A stretch of 64,000 nt of DNA from Desulfomonile tiedjei. GTDB lineage: Bacteria; Desulfobacterota; Desulfomonilia; Desulfomonilales; Desulfomonilaceae. The notes under the pieces were generated by a model. The model had not been told where the DNA came from, ran no database searches, and saw only the letters and a list, made by a program, of their open reading frames with translations. The translations under genes and the position numbers were made by a program. The DNA lies in assembly GCA_016218715.1 (NCBI GenBank), contig JACRDG010000054.1, forward strand, positions 13,940 through 77,939. The letters run 5' to 3'. Positions 36,435 to 45,358 of this stretch are shown piece after piece. Position 1 is the first letter of the stretch. Every line of letters begins with the position of its first letter.

Positions 36435-36827
36435 TTAGCCGTCCGGCATCAGTGCTTCAGATTCTTCGTCCTGCTTCTTTGACGCGAGCAGCTCGCGAAC
36501 CTTCGTCTCGATCGTGTCCAACTCCACAGGCCTGAGGAGATAATCGTCGGCGATTCCATGTTCACCGGTTTCCGCACTCGCGCAGCACGTGAGGGCGAGA
36601 ACTTTCACCCCGTGCCTCACCTTTTTCAAAGGGGCCGCAAGCCTCAGGCTCTCGTGCCGCGACTTTCGGACTTCCAGCACCACGAGATCGGGAGCCAGAG
36701 AACTTGCCCTCTCCACGGCCTCATGGTAGTCGCTGCAGGTGAACACCCGGTGCCCATCTCTCTCCAGGACACGCTTGAGCAAGGTTGCCGAATCCTGTTC
36801 CTCATCAACGACTAGAATGATGGCCAA
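36435..36827 (-). CDS. Stand-alone receiver-fold protein with Glu at the phospho-acceptor position (pseudo-receiver)
   Basis: TTG start with GGGGA 6 nt upstream. ILVVDEEQD, then DLVVLEV where canonical receivers have D-L-x-x-x-D. YLLRP replaces the conserved K-P. Confidence 0.75.
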   Translation of the reverse strand: MAIILVVDEEQDSATLLKRVLERDGHRVFTCSDYHEAVERASSLAPDLVVLEVRKSRHESLRLAAPLKKVRHGVKVLALTCCASAETGEHGIADDYLLRPVELDTIETKVRELLASKKQDEESEALMPDG

Positions 36828-36889
36828 GGCATGTCCCCGATCTTGCAGTCACCGCCGGCCGAGAATCCGGCCGCTTGTCATGGTCCAGA

Positions 36890-36904
36890 GCAACGACCGT
36901 GCCA
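36890..36904 (-). promoter_or_regulatory. Sigma54 (-24/-12) promoter
   Basis: The minus strand reads TGGCACGGTCGTTGC, matching TGGCAC-N5-TTGC exactly. It lies 63 nt upstream of the first start codon and directly downstream of an NtrC-family activator gene. Confidence 0.7.
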
Positions 36905-37138
36905 CGAACGCGGACGAGGCGCAAGATCGGATAATTATTTGAATTACTGGCTTTTTTTCGTAAGGAGCGGTTCAGATCTGGGGAGGGCAATCGGATTCAG
37001 CTCGCGCGGGCGCAAGGAAAGTGTGGCACCTCGCGGATCGGCCAAGAAATATCGTCAACAAGATAAATGTGTTAAGCATTCCAAGGAAAAAAGTTGCACT
37101 GCAATAGTTTCCGTGCACCGGCGGCGGTCTTTCCGGTC

Positions 37139-38551
37139 CTAGTCTTCCTCTGTTTGGAATTCACGGGAGGTGATGCCGTAGCGTCGCATAACCTGCTGGA
37201 GCGCCTGGCGTTCCAGGCCGCATTCCCGCGCCGCTTTGGTAACGTTGCCGTGGTTTCGCGCGAGTACGTCTGACAGATACTGGCTGTGGAAGCGCTCGAG
37301 CACCTGCACCTTGGCTTCCTTATAGGGGAGGAGGCCGACGGTATTGGGCACGAGGCACCCTTTCTCCGCGACAGCCTCCCAGCCGACGTCTTCGGGCCTG
37401 ATTTCGGGGCTCGGCGAGAGGAGGACGGCCCGACTGAGCACGTTTTCCAATTCCCGTACGTTTCCGCGCCACGCGTGGTTCATAAATCGGCTCATCAGCT
37501 CGGGCGTTACGGTCATGGAGCGTTTCTTGAATTCCTGGCAAAACCTTTTCAGAAAGTGTTCCACCAGCAGAGGAATATCCTCGGTTCGTTCCCGTAGAGG
37601 CGGCATGTGGATCGCTACCACGTTCAGGCGATAGAACAAATCCTCACGAAAGAGATTCTCCTGTATTTTCGTGCCGAGATCCTGATTGGTGGAGGCAATG
37701 ATGCGGACGTCCACTTTGATACTCTTGGTCTGTCCCAGCGGACGAATTTCTTTCTCCTGCAGCACGTGGAGGAGCTTGGTCTGCAAGGTAGGGGAAATGT
37801 CCCCGATCTCGTCGAGGCATATGGTCCCTCCCTGCGCTTCCCAAAAGAGTCCTCGCTTGTCTGACGTGGCATGCGTGAACGCTCCTTTTCGATGTCCAAA
37901 CAGTTCGCTTTCGAGGATATTCTCCGGGAGGTTGGGGCAATTCACCGCCAGGAAGGGCATCCGGCTGCGAAGACTCAGATCGTGAATGGCCCGCGCTGCC
38001 AGATCTTTGCCCGTCCCCGATTCACCGGTGATGAGGACCGTGACATCGGTCTTGGCGATGAGCCGTATCATCTCAAAGACTCGTTGCATTTTGGGGCTAG
38101 CACCGACCATTTCCTGGAAGCGTTCCTGCTCTTCGATGCGGCGGTGCAGGAGGAGATTCTCCCGAACCAGCCGGCTCCGTTCCATGGCTTTGCCCAGGAG
38201 GTGGACGAGCTTGTTCAGTTCGAAGGGTTTGGCAATGAAGTCGTACGCTCCCTCTTTGATGGCCTTTACGGCCAGGTCTATGGAGCCGTAGGCGGTCATC
38301 AAGACCACAGTCAGTCCCGGATACCCGCGAGTGACTTTCTCCAGGAATTCCATACCGTCCATTCCCGGCATGCGAATGTCCGCCAGGACCACGTCAAAGA
38401 GAGAGGCTTCCAGGATTTCCAGGGCTCGATATGCATTGGACGCGGTCTCAACCTCGCAATCGAGGTCCGGCGGGAGGCTGCGTTTCAGGAGCCTCAGCAT
38501 ATCTTCTTCGTCGTCCACGACGAGCAGTCTCGATTTGGCAGTTTCCGTCAT
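37139..38551 (-). CDS. Sigma54-dependent response regulator (NtrC family: REC-AAA+-HTH)
   Basis: Receiver LLVVDDEED...ADIRMPGMDG. AAA+ motifs GESGTGKDLAARAIH and ESELFGHRKGAFTHA (GAFTGA-type loop). C-terminal Fis-type HTH GNVTKAARECGLERQAL. Confidence 0.92.
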   Translation of the reverse strand: MTETAKSRLLVVDDEEDMLRLLKRSLPPDLDCEVETASNAYRALEILEASLFDVVLADIRMPGMDGMEFLEKVTRGYPGLTVVLMTAYGSIDLAVKAIKEGAYDFIAKPFELNKLVHLLGKAMERSRLVRENLLLHRRIEEQERFQEMVGASPKMQRVFEMIRLIAKTDVTVLITGESGTGKDLAARAIHDLSLRSRMPFLAVNCPNLPENILESELFGHRKGAFTHATSDKRGLFWEAQGGTICLDEIGDISPTLQTKLLHVLQEKEIRPLGQTKSIKVDVRIIASTNQDLGTKIQENLFREDLFYRLNVVAIHMPPLRERTEDIPLLVEHFLKRFCQEFKKRSMTVTPELMSRFMNHAWRGNVRELENVLSRAVLLSPSPEIRPEDVGWEAVAEKGCLVPNTVGLLPYKEAKVQVLERFHSQYLSDVLARNHGNVTKAARECGLERQALQQVMRRYGITSREFQTEED

Positions 38552-40101
38552 GTGGATGGCCCGGGCCCTTCGGAGGTGGAAACGCTCTGAGGTGGTGTGC
38601 CCATTGTAACCGGGAGCACTACGGTGAACGTGCTGCCGCTGTCGACCTCGCTGTGCGCTTCAATCAGCCCGTTGTGATCCTGAATGATCCCGTAGCTGAC
38701 CGACAAGCCCAATCCGGTACCTTCGCCCACCGGCTTGGTGGTGAAGAACGGATCGAAGATTTTGTCTATCAGTTCGTCAGGAATCCCGCACCCGGTGTCC
38801 CTGATGGATATGCGGAGGCACTGCTCGGCAGGGTCCGCCTTGGTGGCCACGGAGATGCTGCCACTGCCTTGAATGGCTTGCCGTGCATTCATCAGGAGAT
38901 TCATGATGACTTGCTTGAGTTTCTCGCCGTCAGCGACGAGTGTGGGCAGGTCCGGATCCAGGTCGGTCTCCAGGGTGATCTTGTCGAGTTCGAATTGATG
39001 GGACACGAGCGAAAGTACTTCCTGCACGCACTGATTGACCTCGATGGAGGTCTTGTTCGTTCTCGTTCCGCGAGCGAATTTCAGGAGGTCATCCACGACG
39101 GTCTTGCAATTGCGCGCGTGTTTTTCAATGATTTTGAGGTCCTCGTAAACCTGAGTACCCTCAGTGTTCTCTCTGAGAAGCAACTGGGTGTACCCCAGCA
39201 TCACACCGAGCGGATTGTTGATTTCGTGCGCGATACCCGTTGAGATCTGTCCGAGCGAGGCGAGTTTGTCGGCCCGCTGAAGCTGTTTTTCCATGAGGAG
39301 TCTGGCCGTCAGGTCTTTGGCGATCCCTTCATATCCGGTTATTCCGCTCTGCCCGTCGGTACGGGCCGTGGCGCTGAGGAGCACGAAGAGTTCCGACCCC
39401 TGGTTCGATCGCAGACGGCACTCCCGGTCCCGGACGAACCCGTTCGTGCGAAGTTCGTTCATCAAACCGATGTAGTCGGGTTCGTGGACAAAGAAGCTGC
39501 GGAAATCGAGCACTCCGACCAGTTCTTCCTTGGCCGCATAGCCCAGTGAAGTCAATCCGGCGTTGTTTATGTCGACAAAGCGAGCGTCTCCGTCCAGGAT
39601 GAATATCATGTCCATGGAACCCTCGAAGACGCGACGATACTTTTTCTCGGAGCGACTCAGTTCCTCGGTTCGCTGTCTCACCAGGGACTCGAGATTCCGG
39701 TTGAGACGCATGACCTCTTGCCCCGCGTCCTCGAGAGCACGCTTGTCCTGGAGTATTCCCGCGTTGATCTTATCGACCCGCTGAAAAAAGAGGGTGATGG
39801 CCGCCACCACCACGAACGCGAGCGTATTGAAGGCACCGCTGTACGGGCGGAGCGCTACCCACACATCGGGCATATCGAGGAGGAGCAGAAAACGCTTTGC
39901 TATATGACCGACGGATCGGGAAACCGCGAATACCGCCAAGGCCGCAGAAAACCAGAGGATATACGTCCACATGGCATTGGTGGGCTGTGCTTTGACCAGA
40001 CGCCGAGCATACCATACCGCAGCGAACGAGAGGACCACCATAGTGGCGGCCCCAAAAACGTCCACAAACCATACCGGAGCCATGGAATAGGAATCACTCA
40101 T
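38548..40101 (-). CDS. Membrane-bound PAS sensor histidine kinase
   Basis: N-terminal TM helices, a PAS module ([22 protein letters not shown]), H-box [10 protein letters not shown], and ATPase motifs [24 protein letters not shown]. The stop overlaps the regulator ATG (ATGA). The start (ATG 40101, or TTG 40122) overlaps the upstream gene. Confidence 0.85.
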   Translation of the reverse strand: MSDSYSMAPVWFVDVFGAATMVVLSFAAVWYARRLVKAQPTNAMWTYILWFSAALAVFAVSRSVGHIAKRFLLLLDMPDVWVALRPYSGAFNTLAFVVVAAITLFFQRVDKINAGILQDKRALEDAGQEVMRLNRNLESLVRQRTEELSRSEKKYRRVFEGSMDMIFILDGDARFVDINNAGLTSLGYAAKEELVGVLDFRSFFVHEPDYIGLMNELRTNGFVRDRECRLRSNQGSELFVLLSATARTDGQSGITGYEGIAKDLTARLLMEKQLQRADKLASLGQISTGIAHEINNPLGVMLGYTQLLLRENTEGTQVYEDLKIIEKHARNCKTVVDDLLKFARGTRTNKTSIEVNQCVQEVLSLVSHQFELDKITLETDLDPDLPTLVADGEKLKQVIMNLLMNARQAIQGSGSISVATKADPAEQCLRISIRDTGCGIPDELIDKIFDPFFTTKPVGEGTGLGLSVSYGIIQDHNGLIEAHSEVDSGSTFTVVLPVTMGTPPQSVSTSEGPGPST

Positions 40102-40630
40102 GAGGTCGTTCCGCCTCCGCAAGCACTTTTTTGTAAAGCGACCGGAGTCCGAGGACGAGGCAGAGGATTGCGGGCACGCACAAGAGATGATCCAGTTTCA
40201 GGATAAAGTAGACCACAGCCCAAGGACTGGCACCCGTATCGAGGCGCTGGGTCCAACCCGGGTGACCCCGGATCATATTGGCCGAAATCAGCTCTTCCAC
40301 CCAGTGCCCGGAAAAGGCCACGACGTTCCAGGCGATGAATAGCACGCATGAGATTTGGATAAGCCGCCACCCGGTTTGATCGGTGAGGCGATTCCGGTGC
40401 AGCCAGTACACAAGGATACCCATTGATGCGGCGAAATACACGTGCGCGAGCTGATGGGCGTAGAGCCCTTCTGGCGCGGGATGGGACTGGAAGGCCCAGG
40501 CAAAGTCCGCACTCCCTGACAGACTCGCGACGGAGGCCAACAAAAAGAATCCGAGACCTCTGGATTTCCTGTGCGATGAGGGGGTTTTCTCGGGAGACGG
40601 CGGTTCCATGTGGGTCGGTCGATCTGTCAT
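40094..40630 (-). CDS. His-rich 4-TM membrane protein co-transcribed with the kinase
   Basis: 178 aa. Signal-like GLGFFLLASVASLSGSADFAWA. HPAPEGLYAHQLAHVYF and several TM segments. I recognise no family. Confidence 0.6.
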   Translation of the reverse strand: MTDRPTHMEPPSPEKTPSSHRKSRGLGFFLLASVASLSGSADFAWAFQSHPAPEGLYAHQLAHVYFAASMGILVYWLHRNRLTDQTGWRLIQISCVLFIAWNVVAFSGHWVEELISANMIRGHPGWTQRLDTGASPWAVVYFILKLDHLLCVPAILCLVLGLRSLYKKVLAEAERPHE

Positions 40631-40843
40631 TCCTTCAACGGTTATGCTCCGAAGGTGAAAGATGCGCTCCGGATGCAGCGCAGGTTAACCTTTCTCACAT
40701 GTACTTCCATCGACACGGTTTGTCAAACGCCGGAGACCACCCGGCACGCGCCGGATGCGCAAGCCACACCGCGAGTCCGTTCTTGAACACTATTCATCTC
40801 GAGGGGCACGGCAGCCTCATACGAATTCACTTGCGGGGACGCA

Positions 40844-40883
40844 ATCAGGGGAAACCTCTTGAAAAAAAGAAGTTTCCCCTGAT
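40844..40883 (-). terminator. 12-bp stem-loop downstream of the small zinc-ribbon gene
   Basis: ATCAGGGGAAAC - 16 nt - GTTTCCCCTGAT. The T/A run sits in the loop, not after the stem. Confidence 0.3.
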
Positions 40884-40909
40884 ATCGCTCGCTTGGATAT
40901 GCCTCGGTG

Positions 40910-41098
40910 TTACGGCACGGGCGGTTCATGATCCTTGCAGAACGGAGCCTCTCCGACCACCGGCATGTTGCAGATTTTGCAGAGGCCTCTCCTGACCGGG
41001 TCATGGATGTCCGCGCACACATCTGCTGCGCCCTCACCGACTTCTTTTTCGGCAAGCTTGCCTTCCTCGGTTCGCTCCCTTTTCTCTTCCGACGTCAT
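40910..41098 (-). CDS. Small (62 aa) acidic protein with 4-Cys zinc-ribbon-like C-terminus
   Basis: GGAGG lies 5 nt before ATG 41098. Sequence: MTSEEKRERTEEGKLAEKEVGEGAADVCADIHDPVRRGLCKICNMPVVGEAPFCKDHEPPVP. Confidence 0.5.
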   Translation of the reverse strand: MTSEEKRERTEEGKLAEKEVGEGAADVCADIHDPVRRGLCKICNMPVVGEAPFCKDHEPPVP

Positions 41099-41451
41099 GG
41101 CACCCTCCTCTCGTCCTCCTGGCTGATTATAGCTTGTCCGCGGCTGGACGATTGTTGTAGCCCTTCGGAGAATCGCAGACCGCCCCTCTTCCCTGGGCCC
41201 ACCTCGAATTCCCTCCGAGGGCCCGCGGCAACTTCTTGATCATAAGATACTGCGGTGACATCAGCGTGGCAAGGGTGCCTGAGGAAGAGCCACTGGTTCT
41301 CTTGGGCCAGTCGCGCAATCGAATTCTTGTATCGGTGTTGTCCCGGGAGTGCGGAAAGAACCGCAGGGTCGCCTTGTCATGGACTACGAGAATCGGACGG
41401 ATGGCTAAGTACACCGTTTCATAAATACGGTCGCGGATTTTAGGTTTGTTG

Positions 41452-41508
41452 GTGGGACAGGCATCTTGCCTGTCACTTCTTAATGGACCGGCAAGATGCC
41501 GGCCCCAC
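41452..41508. repeat. Inverted pair of the 23-nt GC-rich hairpin motif
   Basis: GTGGGACAGGCATCTTGCCTGTCAC - 10 nt - GACCGGCAAGATGCCGGCCCCAC. Each half is itself a hairpin (GGCA-NNN-TGCC core). Confidence 0.55.
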
Positions 41509-41608
41509 TGAACAGCCAAGAGCAGAGCCTCCAAGCGAGACCGTATTCATGAAAACAAGTACTAAGGCCGACTCTTGCGGCCTGGTTCTGTTTCACGAGA
41601 TTTTCCTG

Positions 41609-44038
41609 TCATTGCTTCACCAGCACCACGAAACCGTTGGCCGGGACCGTCACGGTGAGACGGCCCTGGCTGGACGGGATAATAGCCCCGCTATTACCGA
41701 CATTCCGGCCGCCATAGATAGCAGCATCGCTGTTGAAGATTTCCTTCCAACCGGCGTTGGGAATGGCCGGCAAATCCTTCTCGATCAGGTAACCGTTGGC
41801 AAAGGGAGTGTTGTTGAGACTCGCGAGAATAATGACTTGTTCGTCTCCGTTCCACCGCTTAAAGGCAACCACTCGATTGGGGTTCCAATGGTGGAGGATG
41901 TCAATGTTGTGGCTGCGGATCGAGCGCAGACGGCGGCTGAGACTGATGATATCCTGGTAGAAGCGAAAGAGCGCCTTGCCGTTCCCGGTCCGATCGCCGA
42001 GGATGTCCTCGCGGTTTGACAGAAAGTTATCGTACTTATAACGCTTGCATGCTCCGATCTCTTCACCCATGAAGAACATGGGGGTACCGGCCGAAAGCAA
42101 GGAGAGGCCGAAGCAGACGCGAGAGCGTGCCGCCGCCGCGATTCGCGTGGCATCAATGAGGGGCGCGTCATTGACTGCCGTGACCATAGTCCGCGCCGTG
42201 CCACCGGCATTTCCAGCCTCGTCGTGGGACTCGTGGAAGACGACCTGGTCGTAGCGGCTGTTGTACAGGGCACTACAGAACCAGTCCATCTGGAGCGGTT
42301 CGTCACTGCCAAATCCCGCTCGCTTCAGGAGACGAGCTCTGTCTCCGGCCATGTCGGAGTCGCCGACCAGATTGTGGTAAAAGGCCAATTCCCATCTGGC
42401 GTTGAACCCAAGCCCTCCTTGCGCGGGAGGTTTCGTCACCGCGTCCCACCCAGTGTGGTCCTCCGCGATCAGCATGACCGAAGGTTTGATCGTTCGCAGT
42501 GTTCGGCTCCATTCTCGCAGGAGCTTCTGCCCAAAGACGTTGGCGCTCCCGATGGAACGCCCGTCCGCGTGGAGGGCGTTGTCGCGGTGAATCGCCTGAG
42601 TCAAGTCAACGCGAAGCCCGTCGACGTGCATCTCCTCGATGAGAAAAGCGGCGCTGCTGATAAACTGATGCCGGACAATTTCTTCCCAGAAGCGCGGTGC
42701 GAAGCCTGTAGAGCCGTTGTCAAGGTAGCCCCCCTCCGCAAATGCGTAGTCAGTGGGGCGCCCTTCGTACCAGTAATAGATATTCTGGTCAGGAGCGGTT
42801 GAGTCATATTGCCACTGGGCGCGTTCCGCGTTTCCGTCGTAGTGATTGTACACCACGTCCTGAATGACCGCGATGCCCCGTCGGTGGCATTCACGCACGA
42901 AATGGCGGTATTTATCGCGGCCTCCTGCGCTGCATTCGATACAGAAGTGGTGACTGTCACCGTAACCCCACGCGACATTGCTCGAGAACTCCGCCATGGG
43001 AAGCAATTCGACGGCATTCACACCCAGGTCAACGAGGTGATTCAAGAATTCGAGTGCATCGCTCAAATCTCCGGGTCCAGCTTTACCAATCCCCCCCAAT
43101 GAACCAACGTGCAACTCGTAGATGACTATGTCTTCAACGCGGGTGGGCACCGGCAAGCCGGGAGTGAATTCCGAAGCCCAGAACTCCTCCGCGGGGATGA
43201 GGGCCGGTGTTGTCCCGGGAGGCGTGGATGCGAAATCCCGGCGCACCATGTCCGGATCGATGACCACACTGCAGCTCACGGTTCCGTCCAGGGTTTCAAC
43301 AGTCCCCGGCCAAGGAGCGTTCGCGGGATTGATGCCCCCCTTTCCGATCTGACCCCGGGAGAAGATGTCCGTCCGATAGACGGTTTCCCCTTGCGCATTC
43401 ACGATGCGGTACATGTACGGCAAACTCATATAGGTCTTGAAATCCCCCGGTGCGCTCCCTTCCCAGACGCCGTCCCAAACAGACCCAACTGTTTTGGAGA
43501 GCCCGATCATGGGCTGGGACGGATCGATTCCGCTGCCCAGACCGGTAATGTAGCCGCTGGCAGGACTGCCAAAGACTACCTCCACACCTTGAGCGTTGGG
43601 CGCCCAAACCGCGAATCGCAGGCCAGGTTCCGCGGTTCCCGCGGCGAACCGTTTGTTGGCTCCCAGCCGACGACCGTAGGTCAGGTAGTAGCGTTCCACT
43701 TGAACCGCCGTGCCTCCGCCGGTGAGCCGAAACTCGCGATGACGCTCAACGGAATTGACGTCCCGCACCTCGGTGGGAATTCCCCAGGAATGGGCAGCCT
43801 GTGGCCCGTCGAGGATCACGCCCCACTTGAACGTCCTGCCCTGATCGGCGAGATCGAGCGAGACCGAGGCTTTGAAGATCGGACAACCGTCTGGCCCTAT
43901 CCCCTCCTGCATCGGAACTTCCGTCCAATCATCCGAATACCGCCCGTCACCGTCCCAACTTCCGACCAGGCGCGCGTTGCGAAAGATCGCCCGCTTCAGG
44001 CCGGTGATGAATTGAAACTCCACCGTCTGCGTTGCCAT
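41609..44038 (-). CDS. GH13 alpha-amylase-family glucan branching/debranching-type enzyme with CBM48-like module
   Basis: GGGGAGGGG SD. E-set/CBM48-like FAVWAPNAQGVEVVFG. GH13 regions GVNAVELLPMAEF, HRRGIAVIQDVVYNHY, VDGLRVDLTQAIH, LIAEDHTGW and FHESHDEAGN. Confidence 0.88.
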   Translation of the reverse strand: MATQTVEFQFITGLKRAIFRNARLVGSWDGDGRYSDDWTEVPMQEGIGPDGCPIFKASVSLDLADQGRTFKWGVILDGPQAAHSWGIPTEVRDVNSVERHREFRLTGGGTAVQVERYYLTYGRRLGANKRFAAGTAEPGLRFAVWAPNAQGVEVVFGSPASGYITGLGSGIDPSQPMIGLSKTVGSVWDGVWEGSAPGDFKTYMSLPYMYRIVNAQGETVYRTDIFSRGQIGKGGINPANAPWPGTVETLDGTVSCSVVIDPDMVRRDFASTPPGTTPALIPAEEFWASEFTPGLPVPTRVEDIVIYELHVGSLGGIGKAGPGDLSDALEFLNHLVDLGVNAVELLPMAEFSSNVAWGYGDSHHFCIECSAGGRDKYRHFVRECHRRGIAVIQDVVYNHYDGNAERAQWQYDSTAPDQNIYYWYEGRPTDYAFAEGGYLDNGSTGFAPRFWEEIVRHQFISSAAFLIEEMHVDGLRVDLTQAIHRDNALHADGRSIGSANVFGQKLLREWSRTLRTIKPSVMLIAEDHTGWDAVTKPPAQGGLGFNARWELAFYHNLVGDSDMAGDRARLLKRAGFGSDEPLQMDWFCSALYNSRYDQVVFHESHDEAGNAGGTARTMVTAVNDAPLIDATRIAAAARSRVCFGLSLLSAGTPMFFMGEEIGACKRYKYDNFLSNREDILGDRTGNGKALFRFYQDIISLSRRLRSIRSHNIDILHHWNPNRVVAFKRWNGDEQVIILASLNNTPFANGYLIEKDLPAIPNAGWKEIFNSDAAIYGGRNVGNSGAIIPSSQGRLTVTVPANGFVVLVKQ

Positions 44039-44194
44039 GATAATCCCCTCCCCGTTGCTTGCCGACGTTTACGGCAGTTCCGAAATTGTCCGACTGATTC
44101 ACCGAGCAGTCCTGGAGGACTCGCTCACCCCGGAAAACGCAGAGCCGGAATAGTGGACACCCAGACCCTGGTGACTCACTTCCGACACGATCTG

Positions 44195-44707
44195 TCATGC
44201 GTTTCCCATCGTTGCGTCGCTGTCAATGCGCTGCGCCGTACTGTCCGCAGCCTCCCGAAGGTCGATAAACTGTTTTCCCGCTGGAGTTATCTGAACGTAG
44301 TCGGACAGGTTGGCCCCTTCACTGGCTATTTGCTTTATTGAATGAACGGTGATGTATCCGATGTCTCTGAGGTGATAAAGCTCTCTTTCGAGGCCGTTGG
44401 ACATCCTATAAGGGCCAAAATGCCCTGAGCCGATTTTCTTCAGGTTCACGTACATGAGAGGGGACATGGTGGCCATAAACAATGCCGCTATTTTGGAGTC
44501 CAAGCTGCTCACGGCCTCATGGACCGTGTCAAGTTCTGCTCTGAATTCCTGCAACTTGACTGGCCCAAGCTCGATTCCGCCTCCGCTTTCGATCCGCGCG
44601 GATATCCCTTTGGCGAGCTTTCGGATCTCATCACGGTACTGTCCGACGAGCCACAGAATGACACCTGCCCAGATCAAGGTCTGAATGATAGAAGCGAACT
44701 CCTTCAT
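44195..44707 (-). CDS. Hypothetical membrane-anchored protein (170 aa)
   Basis: ATG 44707 follows GGGGGA. One N-terminal TM segment (IIQTLIWAGVILWLVGQY). I recognise no motif. Confidence 0.55.
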   Translation of the reverse strand: MKEFASIIQTLIWAGVILWLVGQYRDEIRKLAKGISARIESGGGIELGPVKLQEFRAELDTVHEAVSSLDSKIAALFMATMSPLMYVNLKKIGSGHFGPYRMSNGLERELYHLRDIGYITVHSIKQIASEGANLSDYVQITPAGKQFIDLREAADSTAQRIDSDATMGNA

Positions 44708-44760
44708 GTTATCCCCCTTTTCGTGTGTTTTGATTCTTGGCTCTGTCCTGACGTGTCGTG

Positions 44761-44916
44761 ATACCGATTCGCTTTTCAACTTGTAATATTCGAGAGCGTG
44801 CCAAGGGCTTTTCCTGGGAGGTCTCCTCCGCTGCGAACGGCACAGCCTGACTGCGCTCTGGAGACCTCCCAGGAGCGCCCATCGGCGGCATCACATTTTG
44901 AATCGCGAATCGGTAT
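44761..44916 (-). repeat. Copy D of the nested-palindrome element (reverse core)
   Basis: ATACCGATTCGC...CCTGGGAGGTCTCCTCCGCTGCGAACGGCACAGCCTGACTGCGCTCTGGAGACCTCCCAGG...GCGAATCGGTAT. It lies 54 nt upstream of the 44707 start codon. Confidence 0.8.
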
Positions 44917-45358
44917 GATGAGGCTCCGCCACTCGGCTAAGGGTCTGAAACCCCTCCCCCTACTCGAGGGCACGCACTCTTGCCTTCGCCGCTCATCGGC
45001 TTCCCTCTTCCCAATGGCCAGAACAAATTGGGCACTTCAAGAAAACCGACACACCCCCATCGTTTCAGGTTTTCAGATCGAGCAAGTTCTGTCAAGTGCC
45101 CTCTAACGGGTGAACGGATACACAGCGGACCAGATTGTGGTTGACGACCGGACGGATGGGAAGGTATTCTCGGATACTGGTGGCTATCAGCCTCGTTGGA
45201 CAAGATCGTCTCAGTTCCACGTCCGCCGCGTTCCCCGGAGAGAAAGTGGCAGCCATTTGAGAGGTAAGGACCGGTTGCATGGCCCGCCAACTAACCCAAG
45301 CCGCAGTTGACGAGCGCGCAATAGGCTCGGGAAGAGCTGTTGTCCATTGGGAGGGGTC

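Noticed and set aside
41127-42019. 135-aa and 178-aa ORFs in and around the 510-bp spacer downstream of the GH13 gene
   Set aside because: Both read through the hairpin-motif pair, producing the ...DRQDACPT... / ...DRQDAGPT... artefact peptides. One is also antisense to the GH13 3' end.
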